Origin: an uncultured bacterium
Lineage (GTDB): Bacteria > Acidobacteriota > Thermoanaerobaculia > Multivoradales > JAHZIX01
Assembly (NCBI GenBank): GCA_965368975.1
Contig: CBDUPA010000004.1
Coordinates: 224,001-288,000, forward strand
Reading direction: 5' to 3'
DNA length: 64,000 nucleotides
Each line of letters starts with the position of its first letter. Position 1 is the first letter of the stretch. Positions 14,652 to 23,512 of this stretch are shown piece after piece. The notes beneath the pieces were generated by a model. The model made no database searches. It saw nothing but the letters and a program-made list of their open reading frames with translations, and was not told where the DNA came from. The position numbers and the translations under genes are program-made.

Positions 14652-15982
14652 TCGAGCGTTGGTTCGGTGTTCAGGCCGCGGGGTCGACGGTCAGCCGTGA
14701 GGTTCTGGGTGGAGTCACCACTTTTCTCACCATGGCCTACATCATCGTGGTCAATCCGGTCTTTCTCACCGCTGCCGGAATCCCGCAAGAAGGTGCGGTG
14801 CTGGCCACCTGCGTCGCCGCTGCAGTGGCCACGTTGCTGATGGGGCTGCTGGCGAATTATCCCATCGCACTTGCTCCCGGCATGGGGCTCAATGCCTTCT
14901 TCGCCTACACCGTGTGCCTGGGTGCCGGTATCCCGTGGCAGACGGCGCTCGGCCTGGTGTTCTGGGCCGGTATCGTCTTCTTGTTGCTCACCGTCACCGG
15001 CATTCGCCGACGCATCACCGAGGCGGTGCCGGCGACGCTGCGTCTCGCGGGTGCCGCGGGCATCGGCCTGTTCATCGCCTTCATCGGTCTGCAACAAGCC
15101 GGGCTCGTGCGCGCTGACGACAACACCATGGTGGCGCTCGGTGATCTGCACCAGCCAGCCACGCGCCTGGCGCTGGCCGGCCTGGTCCTGACCCTGATCC
15201 TGACCGTCGCCGGTGTGCGTATCGCCATCTTCCTCGGCCTCGCCGCGACCACCCTCGCTGGCCTCCTGCTGGGTCTTCTCAGCACTCCCGAGAGCTGGGT
15301 GCACGTGCCGAGCCTCGACTTCCCCGGCCTGCAGATCGATCTGCTGGGGGCGTTGAACCCCAAGTACCTGCCGCTACTGCTGGTCATCGTCTTCTTCGAC
15401 ATCTTCGACACGTTGGGTACCTTGATGGGCATCGGTCATGAAGGTGGCTTCTTGCGTGATGGCGAGCTGCCACGCTTGGGCAAGGCGCTCACCGCCGATT
15501 CGGTGGGGTCGGTCACGGGGGCGCTCTTCGGCACTTCCACCGTCACTTCCTATATCGAGAGCGCCACCGGCGTCGGCGTCGGGGCACGCACGGGTCTGGC
15601 CAATGTGGTCACCGCTGGCTTGTTCCTGCTAGCTCCCGTCTTCACGCCGCTTGCCACGGTGGTCGGGCAGGGGGCCGTGGGTCCGGACGGTGAAGGTGGC
15701 CTGAATCCGGTCACCGCGCCAGCTCTGATCCTGGTCGGTGCACTGATGATGCGGGCCGTCGGCGAGATCGACTGGCAGGACGCCACTGAAGCGCTGCCGG
15801 CCTTCCTGACAGCGTTGCTGATGCCGCTCACCTTCAGCATCTCCTACGGCCTGGCGGCCGGCATTGTGGTCTACGTGCTGGCCAAGGTCACTGCCGGTCG
15901 ACGCCGCGAGGTCCACCCTCTACTGGCAGTCCTGGCCGCAGTCTTCGCCCTCTGGTACTCCCTCACGGCCGTTCTGTCCTGA
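14648..15982 (+). CDS. NCS2 family (AzgA/PbuG-like) purine permease
   Basis: GVTTFLTMAYIIVVNP, LAPGMGLNAFF, FDTLGTL, YIESATG and RTGL motifs. GTGA overlap with the kinase. Confidence 0.92.
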   Translation: MIERWFGVQAAGSTVSREVLGGVTTFLTMAYIIVVNPVFLTAAGIPQEGAVLATCVAAAVATLLMGLLANYPIALAPGMGLNAFFAYTVCLGAGIPWQTALGLVFWAGIVFLLLTVTGIRRRITEAVPATLRLAGAAGIGLFIAFIGLQQAGLVRADDNTMVALGDLHQPATRLALAGLVLTLILTVAGVRIAIFLGLAATTLAGLLLGLLSTPESWVHVPSLDFPGLQIDLLGALNPKYLPLLLVIVFFDIFDTLGTLMGIGHEGGFLRDGELPRLGKALTADSVGSVTGALFGTSTVTSYIESATGVGVGARTGLANVVTAGLFLLAPVFTPLATVVGQGAVGPDGEGGLNPVTAPALILVGALMMRAVGEIDWQDATEALPAFLTALLMPLTFSISYGLAAGIVVYVLAKVTAGRRREVHPLLAVLAAVFALWYSLTAVLS

Positions 15983-16062
15983 GTCGGCCCAGCGCCAAGT
16001 CCTTGCCGTCCGGGCTGCCGCGGCCGCTCGCGATATCATGAGCCACGGAGGGGGCGTCCGGA

Positions 16063-17718
16063 ATGGATCGAATCGGTAAGTACGAGCTGCAGAGATTCCT
16101 CGGAGAGGGTGGCTTTGGCCGCGTCTACGAGGCGTTCGATCCTGCGCTGGAGCGGCGAGTGGCGATCAAGACCTGTCACCGCCGAGGTGAGGAAGGCGAA
16201 GAGGATCGCGAGCGCTTCCTACGCGAAGCGCGCATCGCCGCCAAGCTCGACCACGAGAACATCACCAAGATCTTCGACCTCGGCTACGACGAAGAGCACG
16301 ATGTCGAGTACGTGGTGCAGGAGTACCTGGCCGGCCAGGATCTGCAGCAGATGATCCACACGCGTGCCGCCGTGCCGCACGCGGTTCGCGTCCACTACTT
16401 GTGCCAGATCGCGGCTGGTCTCGAGCACGCTCACCGGCATCACGTGGTCCATCGAGACGTCAAGCCGACCAACATCCGCGTCCTGCCGGACCACCGCATC
16501 AAGATTCTCGACTTCGGCATCGCCAAGGAGATGGTGGGGGACGCCCGGGGTGACCTCACTGGTACCGGCGTGACCATGGGGACGCTGGCCTACTCGGCGC
16601 CAGAGCAGATCTACAGCAGCCGACGGGCCGATGCCCGCGCCGATATCTTCTCGTTCGGCGTTGTCGCCTACGAGCTACTGGCCTACGAGCACCCCTTCCC
16701 GGGCGGCAACCTGGTGCACAAGATCCAGCACGCCGAACCGCGACCGCTACGGGAGCATTGGCCGGAGTGCCCGTCGGGCTTGGTGCGGCTGGTGCACGCG
16801 TGCCTACGCAAGCGGCGGCAGGAGCGCTACCAGAGTTTCACCGGGTTGCGGCCCGTGCTGCTCAGCCAGGCCGCGCAGTTCACCGAAGAACTGGACGCGT
16901 TTCTGCGCGACGCCCCGCGGCTGACCAGCCTCTCAGCGCTGGTGCACGAGCGCGACGTGATGCCCACGCACTCCATGGATCGGCGGTATACGACCGGCCG
17001 CAAGCTGCCACCGCCGCCCGCGTCGCCAGCTCCCTACTCACCTTCGCTGGAGGCACCTTCGCCCGACGTACACGGGCGCGAAGAGCTGCCGCCACCGCCA
17101 GCACTCGACGACCCTATTTCTGCCGCGCCGGTTTCTCATGGCACGGCGATCGCCGCGGCCTTGCCGCCGCCGGCACCGCCGGGCCGTGCTCCAGTCGTTG
17201 ACGTGGTCTCGCCGGTGTCCGCGAACCGGCTGCCACGTGGTCTGCTGCTGGTGTCGCTGGCCGTGGTGGTGCTGACCTTCGTCGGACTCACCTGGCGCTC
17301 TTCGACGCGCACCAACGCGTCGCCGCCGGTCCAGGACGCGACCGCTGCCGCCGCCCCGGGTGCCGGCGCCGCCGAAGCCGCCGTCACGCCAGAGTTGCCG
17401 CGCCTGCGCCTGACTCTGGCAGTGGTCGAGGCCGGTGTCCAACTGCGCGCCGTACCCCCGGCACGGCCACTTGCGGCCAAGATGGAGCGCTACCAGATTT
17501 TCCGCCAGCCGGCCTGGAGTTTCGGTGAGCGTCAGTACATCGCTGGCCGGCCGTCAGCGCCCTTGACCTGGGTCGACGAGCGGGATCTGGTACCGGGCAC
17601 CCTCTACCGCTACTATGTCGAGGTCGTGAGTCCGGAGCGCCAACCCCTGGCACGCTCGTCGGCGGTCGAGATCGCCTTCGAGGAGTCGTTCTCGCAGTTA
17701 CCTGAGCCGGAGTCCTGA
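16063..17718 (+). CDS. Hanks-type Ser/Thr protein kinase, single TM, C-terminal FN3-like domain
   Basis: GEGGFG, VAIK, HRDVKPTN, DFG and APE; Pro-rich linker; TM LLLVSLAVVVLTFVGL; WVD..LVPGTLYRYYV. Confidence 0.92.
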   Translation: MDRIGKYELQRFLGEGGFGRVYEAFDPALERRVAIKTCHRRGEEGEEDRERFLREARIAAKLDHENITKIFDLGYDEEHDVEYVVQEYLAGQDLQQMIHTRAAVPHAVRVHYLCQIAAGLEHAHRHHVVHRDVKPTNIRVLPDHRIKILDFGIAKEMVGDARGDLTGTGVTMGTLAYSAPEQIYSSRRADARADIFSFGVVAYELLAYEHPFPGGNLVHKIQHAEPRPLREHWPECPSGLVRLVHACLRKRRQERYQSFTGLRPVLLSQAAQFTEELDAFLRDAPRLTSLSALVHERDVMPTHSMDRRYTTGRKLPPPPASPAPYSPSLEAPSPDVHGREELPPPPALDDPISAAPVSHGTAIAAALPPPAPPGRAPVVDVVSPVSANRLPRGLLLVSLAVVVLTFVGLTWRSSTRTNASPPVQDATAAAAPGAGAAEAAVTPELPRLRLTLAVVEAGVQLRAVPPARPLAAKMERYQIFRQPAWSFGERQYIAGRPSAPLTWVDERDLVPGTLYRYYVEVVSPERQPLARSSAVEIAFEESFSQLPEPES

Positions 17719-19673
17719 TGCACCGAATCACCCGTATCCAGCTGCGTTGCTTTGCCGTCTGCTGCCAATTCGCGCTGATCGCCGTTGTCGGCCTGCTGCC
17801 GGCAGGTGCCCAGGCGCAGACGGTGACCGAGCTGCGGCTGGAGTTCGGGCAGGCGGGGCTCGAAGTGAGCCTGGACGGCAAGACGGTGGGGACGACCAAT
17901 GGAGAAGGCCGGCTGGTGATCCGAGTCGAGGTGGTGGACGGGCAAGTGCTAGTCGTCGAGGCCGTTGGCCCGACGGTCGAAGCGCACGTCGAACGCCGGA
18001 TTCTGGAGGCGGGGGTGCCGGACACCTGGTTGCTCGATGGCGAGCTGCGGCGCCGGCAGCTGCCAGGGCGAGACAGCGCACCGTCGACCGCTGCCGCCGA
18101 CGAACCGCCGAGTCGAGCTGATGCCCAACCGACCGCAGCGCCGCAACTGACTGCAGCGCCGCAACCGAACGAGGCACCGACCAAGCCCGAACCTCTTGTT
18201 GCAGCACCGCCCTCTCCGCAGCCGCGGCAGAACCAGGATCCGTGCGCGGATCCGTCCAGCTTCGGCTGCCTGCAGCACCAGCTACGCGAGCTCGAGAGCG
18301 ATCTGGAGACCGGCGACTGCCGTGCCGCGCTGCCCCGCCTCGAAGCCCTGTTGCTGCCGGCTGACGTCGCGCCGCATCTCGACGCCGTGCAGCAGATCGC
18401 CGGTTGGTATCTGCGCTGTGGTGTTCGCCAAGACGAAGCCGAGTGGTTGCACCGAGCCGTCGACTTGCTGGAAGCGGCGCCGCGCTTGCCGTGCCAGGCG
18501 CGGCGTGCTCGTCAGCTGGCCGCGGCATACGAGACGCTAGCTGCGTCCGGACCTCGCACGGACGTACCCGTGGTGCTGGAACGCGCGGTTCGGTACTTCG
18601 ACGCCGCCAGGCAGCGCTGCGGCGACGCGGCCCGCGTTTCCCTGGAGTGGCAGCTGTACTTCCTGCTCGCTGCGGGTGAGGCCTCCCGTGCACTGGAAGC
18701 TGCGGCCTCCGCCGGGCCGCAGGAGCCAGGCTTCCAGGCCTTCGTGCACGCGTGGGCCCTGGTTGTCGCCGGCGTCGACGACGCGTCCCGCCCGCAGGCC
18801 TGCACCGGTGCCGTCGACCTCGCGGAGCGGGGCGAGCCGCTGCCATGCCGCGGTCTGCCGCAGGCCTACTGTCGCGAGCAGGTCGGGCTGGCGTTGGTGC
18901 GCTGCGCACAGGATCGAGACGCGCATCTGCGGGCGGCCGTGTACCTGACGCCGCTCGTTGACAGCGGTGAGCCGTCCCTGTGGCTGCGGCGCTGGGTCGC
19001 AGAGAGCTGGCTGCAGGGCGAGGACTTCGCCGCTGCCGCGCAGCACTACCACGACTTGCTCGCGGCTATCGAGGCCCGCGGCGAGACACCGCCGTCGGCC
19101 GATGCCCGGCGTTACGGCGACGCGGTGCTGTTCTGGCGTCAGGCAGATGCCGAAGCCTTGCTGGCTGCCAGTGATGCCTATCGCCGGGCAGCGACCGAAG
19201 ATGTGCTGACCACCCGACAGCAGGTTCTGTTGCTCAACAACCGTAGCGTGCTCCTGTTACGTTTGGCGCAACAGGCTGCCGGAACCAGCTCGGATGCGCA
19301 ACTCGCAGATGCGTTGAAGGAGGCCTTGGTGCTGCTGGAGAGGGCTGCTGCCCGACTGCCGCAGGCGGCTCCTCGAAGCGATGGTGGGGCAGACACAGGT
19401 GGTGCCGCGACCTCGGTAGATGAACGGCTGGCGATCGTGCTTCGGCTCAACTTGGCACGCGTGGGACTGGCTCTGGCGCGGTGGCGGCAGGCGGAAGATC
19501 CACGCGCCGCCTACCAGGAGATGAAGCGGGCCGAAGCCTACTTGCAGCAGCTGCAGCTGGATCCGGCGTCAGCGACCAGCCCGGTGCTCCGCGAGGCGGA
19601 TGAAGTCTGGCGTCTCGGTTCGGACTTCATCGCCATCGTGCCCGCGGACCCGTTCCCCGCGTCGTCGCCGTAG
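17718..19673 (+). CDS. Secreted hypothetical protein: PEGA-like N-terminus, Pro/Ala linker, Cys-containing TPR-like helices
   Basis: Signal peptide ending AQA; VSLDGKTVGTT; helical repeats. TGATG overlap with the kinase. Confidence 0.65.
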   Translation: MHRITRIQLRCFAVCCQFALIAVVGLLPAGAQAQTVTELRLEFGQAGLEVSLDGKTVGTTNGEGRLVIRVEVVDGQVLVVEAVGPTVEAHVERRILEAGVPDTWLLDGELRRRQLPGRDSAPSTAAADEPPSRADAQPTAAPQLTAAPQPNEAPTKPEPLVAAPPSPQPRQNQDPCADPSSFGCLQHQLRELESDLETGDCRAALPRLEALLLPADVAPHLDAVQQIAGWYLRCGVRQDEAEWLHRAVDLLEAAPRLPCQARRARQLAAAYETLAASGPRTDVPVVLERAVRYFDAARQRCGDAARVSLEWQLYFLLAAGEASRALEAAASAGPQEPGFQAFVHAWALVVAGVDDASRPQACTGAVDLAERGEPLPCRGLPQAYCREQVGLALVRCAQDRDAHLRAAVYLTPLVDSGEPSLWLRRWVAESWLQGEDFAAAAQHYHDLLAAIEARGETPPSADARRYGDAVLFWRQADAEALLAASDAYRRAATEDVLTTRQQVLLLNNRSVLLLRLAQQAAGTSSDAQLADALKEALVLLERAAARLPQAAPRSDGGADTGGAATSVDERLAIVLRLNLARVGLALARWRQAEDPRAAYQEMKRAEAYLQQLQLDPASATSPVLREADEVWRLGSDFIAIVPADPFPASSP

Positions 19674-19881
19674 CTCGGGCGGTCCGCACGCTGCTGGTGG
19701 CGCTGGGTTCCCGGCCGCGGGGTTAGCTCTCGATCGCGTGAACGGTAGATAGCGCGAGGGGTATGATGTCAGGGGTGCGAGAGAGGTATCCTGTGCACAG
19801 CGTTGGTCGCGGTGTACGTCCAGGCGGCTCTCTGTGAGCTGACGCTCTCGTCCGTTCCCCGTCTCGGGAGGCTCGTTCCAA

Positions 19882-21399
19882 ATGAATTTCGGCTCCAGGT
19901 TTTCAGAATCCCCTTTGCCGCTGCGAGTTTGGCAGCTCGCCGGATGCTGCGTCCTGCTCGCACCGCTGTACTTCTCCGGCTGCGCCGCGGCTCCGTCGCC
20001 AAGCTCACCGTCGGCAGCGTCCGCTGCGATCACGGCGTCCGTGCAGGCACCGAGCCTGGACGACCTGCAGGCCGAACTGCACGTGCTGGAGGAGCGTATC
20101 GCCCGCACCGAAGAGCGCAAGGCGGAGTGGATCGCCGACGCGCTCGAACGGCGGGAACTGGCGCTGCAGGAGGAGGATGCCCTGGCGCGCAGTCTCGATG
20201 CCGCCCTGGAGCAGATCGACGTGCTCGAACGTCAGCGCAGCCTCAAGCAGCGTCAGCTCGAAGCAGGTCTGTCCGAAGAGGAACTGCAAGCGCTGCGCAC
20301 CGAACTCGACGCGCTCGAGGTCGAGCGGCACGAGCTGGAAGCCGAGCGCCAGCGGCAGGAGCGGCGCCTCGACGAGGTGCGCCAGCGGCTCGAGTCGGTG
20401 CGCGATCTCGACGGCCAAGCCCTCTTCCGGCTCGAGACCGACGATCTCTACCGGCGCGCCACCGAGCTGCAAAACGAGATCTACCAGCAGTTGATCGACC
20501 GCACCGCCAGCTTCATCACCTCGCCCAGCCAGCAGGAGGCGTTCACCCGTCTGTACCAGGAGCGCATCGATGCGCGCGACGCGACGTTGAGCGCGCAGGG
20601 CATCAGCGGAGAGCGCTTCCACGAACTGGTGACCGAGTTCCAGCGCGACCGCAACCTGGGTACGGCGCTGCTCTCCAGTCGCACCTTCCGACTCGAGTTC
20701 CAGCTCGGTCGTGCCGAGGTCGTGCCGGCACAAGCGGCGGACTTCCGCAGCCTTGCGGAAGCTCTGCTGGACGCATCGCAGCGCGACTTCGATTACCTGG
20801 TGTTCATCGATGGCCATGCAGACAGCGTCACCTATCCGGGCGGCGCTTGCCTGTCGGCACTGCGCAACCGGCAACTGTCGCAGGAGCGCGCCGAGGCCGC
20901 CCGCGATCTGCTGGTCGACCTGGGTCTGCCGATCGAGCGATTGCGCCTCGACTGGTTCGGCAACTTCCTGATGGCGTCGTCGCCGTCCGGGGACGCCGGT
21001 GGCGAGCCAGAGAACCGGCGTGTCGAGATTCGTGTCACCAGCCGCGAGGCCGGCGAGTACACCTCGCACCAGGACTACTTCCGCATGCACCGCGAGCTAC
21101 CTCTGCTCGGTCGCACCTTCCTGCGCGATGTCGGTCGTTGGATTGACACCTCATGCTCACAGCAGCCTGAAGAGCTGACCTGGCCGTACATGGGGGCCGA
21201 GTATCAGGATCTGGCGGCCAGACTGGAGCTAGCACGCCACTACCCGCTCGTGGTCAGTGACGAGGGGCACGAGTACTTGCTGTGGCTCGGCAACGACGTC
21301 ACCGTGCGGGTCGACGATCGCTGCGTGCGAGTTCGCGGCTGTGGCGGCGGTGCTGTCGAACTGCCCCTCGAGGATGCGGGAGCGGCGCTGGGGCCGTGA
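19882..21399 (+). CDS. Lipoprotein with long coiled coil and OmpA/MotB-like peptidoglycan-binding domain
   Basis: Lipobox-like FSGC; heptad-rich E/L/R region; IDGHADS...NRQLSQERAEA...ENRRVEIRV. Confidence 0.8.
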   Translation: MNFGSRFSESPLPLRVWQLAGCCVLLAPLYFSGCAAAPSPSSPSAASAAITASVQAPSLDDLQAELHVLEERIARTEERKAEWIADALERRELALQEEDALARSLDAALEQIDVLERQRSLKQRQLEAGLSEEELQALRTELDALEVERHELEAERQRQERRLDEVRQRLESVRDLDGQALFRLETDDLYRRATELQNEIYQQLIDRTASFITSPSQQEAFTRLYQERIDARDATLSAQGISGERFHELVTEFQRDRNLGTALLSSRTFRLEFQLGRAEVVPAQAADFRSLAEALLDASQRDFDYLVFIDGHADSVTYPGGACLSALRNRQLSQERAEAARDLLVDLGLPIERLRLDWFGNFLMASSPSGDAGGEPENRRVEIRVTSREAGEYTSHQDYFRMHRELPLLGRTFLRDVGRWIDTSCSQQPEELTWPYMGAEYQDLAARLELARHYPLVVSDEGHEYLLWLGNDVTVRVDDRCVRVRGCGGGAVELPLEDAGAALGP

Positions 21400-22823
21400 G
21401 CAATCTGCGGCCGAAGGACCTGATCGAGCTGGGTGTTCCCAAGTTTGCCGTGCGTGCGGCGCAGACTGCGATCCGCGATGCCAGCCGCGGCGGCCTCAAG
21501 AAGGGTGTGCTGCGCAGGCGCATTACCGAGCTGCTGGACGATCCGGGCAGCTTCGTCGACAAGCCGCACTTCGATTCCCTGGCGCGCGTCCTGCTGGACC
21601 GCAAGCGCTTGCGGCGTGAGTTCCAGCCGCGCCAGGAGCCGGTGCCCTACAGGCAGTGGGGCGACGACCTCGATGCCAATGCCGTGCAGCAAATGACCAA
21701 CGCCTGCCAGCTGCCCGTCGCCGTCGCCGCGGCCCTGATGCCCGACGCTCACCTGGGCTACGGCCTGCCGATCGGCGGCGTGCTGGCGACCGACAACGCG
21801 GTGATTCCCTACGCCGTCGGCGTCGACATCGCCTGCCGCATGAAGCTGACCGTGCTCGATCTGCCGCTGCACGCGATCGACGGCCAGGTCGACCGTCTGC
21901 GCAACATCCTGGAAGGCGAGACCCGCTTCGGGATCGGAGCGCAGTTCGAAGACCGACGTGAGCATGCGGTGCTGGACGACGATTGGAGCGTGTCACCGGT
22001 GACGCAGAGGGCCAAAGACAGGGCCTGGGCACAGCTGGGAACCAGCGGCAGTGGCAATCACTTCGTCGAGTTTGGCGAACTGAAGGTTGCGGCACCCGTC
22101 GCCGACGCGCAGGCAGAACCCGATCTGGGGCTCGAACCGGGGCGTTACGTGGCTCTGCTCAGCCATAGTGGCAGCCGCGGAGTGGGTGCGCGTGTCGCCA
22201 ACCACTACAGCCGTCTGGCCATGGAATTGCACCCAGAGTTGCCCAAGGAACTCAAGCACCTGGCCTGGCTCGACCTCGATTCCGAGCCCGGCCAGGAGTA
22301 CTGGCAGGCAATGCAGCTGATGGGACGCTACGCCGAGGCCAATCACGCTTGTATTCATTCTCACATTGCCCGGGCTTTGCGCGTCGATGTACTGGCGGAC
22401 GTGGAGAACCACCACAACTTCGCCTGGGAAGAAGAGCACCTGGGCCGCCCGTTGATCGTGCACCGCAAGGGTGCTACTCCGGCGCACCGAGGCAAGCTCG
22501 GGATCATCCCGGGCTCGATGGCGACGCCCGCTTTCGTCGTGCGCGGCCGCGGGGAGCCGACATCGCTGGAGTCGGCCGCGCACGGTGCCGGCCGCATCAT
22601 GAGCCGCAAGCAAGCACGCAACACCTTCACTTGGTCCGAGGCCCGCAAGCTGCTCGCTGAGCGTGGCGTCACCCTCCTCTCTGCCGACCTCGACGAAGTA
22701 CCCATGGTCTACAAGGACATCGAAGCCGTCATGGCGGCACAACAGGACTTGGTCGAGGTTCTCGCTCGCTTCCACCCTCGCCTGGTAAAAATGGCGCCTG
22801 CTGGTGAAAAGCCGGAAGACTGA
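21396..22823 (+). CDS. rtcB: RtcB family RNA ligase
   Basis: MPDAH, GVDIAC, GSGNHF, HSGSRG, HHN, HRKGAT, HGAGR and DE.P..YKDI motifs. GTG 21396 overlaps the upstream TGA. Confidence 0.93.
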   Translation: MSNLRPKDLIELGVPKFAVRAAQTAIRDASRGGLKKGVLRRRITELLDDPGSFVDKPHFDSLARVLLDRKRLRREFQPRQEPVPYRQWGDDLDANAVQQMTNACQLPVAVAAALMPDAHLGYGLPIGGVLATDNAVIPYAVGVDIACRMKLTVLDLPLHAIDGQVDRLRNILEGETRFGIGAQFEDRREHAVLDDDWSVSPVTQRAKDRAWAQLGTSGSGNHFVEFGELKVAAPVADAQAEPDLGLEPGRYVALLSHSGSRGVGARVANHYSRLAMELHPELPKELKHLAWLDLDSEPGQEYWQAMQLMGRYAEANHACIHSHIARALRVDVLADVENHHNFAWEEEHLGRPLIVHRKGATPAHRGKLGIIPGSMATPAFVVRGRGEPTSLESAAHGAGRIMSRKQARNTFTWSEARKLLAERGVTLLSADLDEVPMVYKDIEAVMAAQQDLVEVLARFHPRLVKMAPAGEKPED

Positions 22824-23139
22824 ACCGTCGGGTCGAACAGGAGCTTCCAGCGGGGGCTCGGGTATCGGGTTCCAGACGGTTGCCCGCGAAGAATCGCCAC
22901 CATTCCAATGCATCTGAGCTGCAACGGTAGCCTCCTGTTGCTTGTTGGTCGCTCCGGTGGGGTGGAAAAAGGGTTCTGAGTCTTCATCCCTTCCCGTAAC
23001 CTACTACTGCTATCAAAAGAAATCTGTCGCGCTCTCGGTGCTGGCCTGCACTACGTTTGGAGGGGTTAGCTTCTTGAAGCCTACCCTTCTATTACGGATT
23101 GCCGTGATGCCTGATTCGATTTTCCGTATGGCTAGAAAT

Positions 23140-23285
23140 GCGTTTCTTGGTACTTCGACTCCTTTTTGCTGCACACAGCAAATATATGCTTGCCATCAAT
23201 ATAAACGGATGTACAAATAAATATAGATACCTAAATAAACATTAGATTACCAGGCTTCAAGTAGTCCAAAAGTAAAAATTCACTC
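23140..23285. promoter_or_regulatory. AT-rich intergenic island with inverted repeat TTTGCTG-N4-CAGCAAA (23165-23182)
   Basis: Strongly A/T-rich compared with the GC-rich window; lies upstream of the ECF sigma gene. Confidence 0.5.
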
Positions 23286-23512
23286 CAGCTTCTCCTGGGA
23301 CGTCTGAGCATCGAGCGCGGTGAGTTTCAAGCCGATCGGTACCGCGTCGGCACAGCCGACAGAGCCGGCGGCTTACTCACTTTTCTCCATGTCTTGACGC
23401 GCCTTGCAGGTCGCTCTCTGGGGCGGCGCATCTGTAAGCGCATCCAGGGGCCACCCGGCTCGGAGTGAGGGCTGCCAGTGAGGCTCTCCGCGCACAGTGA
23501 TCGGAGAGTTTC

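Noticed and set aside
18130-18170. 18-bp in-frame duplication (TAAPQL/TAAPQP); similar GSMGG repeat near 11206
   Set aside because: Low-complexity linker expansions with no evident function.
19882-21399. ZorB/MotB (Zorya or flagellar stator) assignment
   Set aside because: No ZorA/MotA partner, and it has a lipobox rather than a TM helix with the conserved Asp.
22709-23220. Small ORFs in the rtcB-sigma gap (22942..23220 + and 22709..22987 -), including an AGGAGG-TTG start as a possible peptide precursor
   Set aside because: Atypical codon usage, antisense overlap with rtcB, and no RiPP motifs or modifying enzymes nearby.
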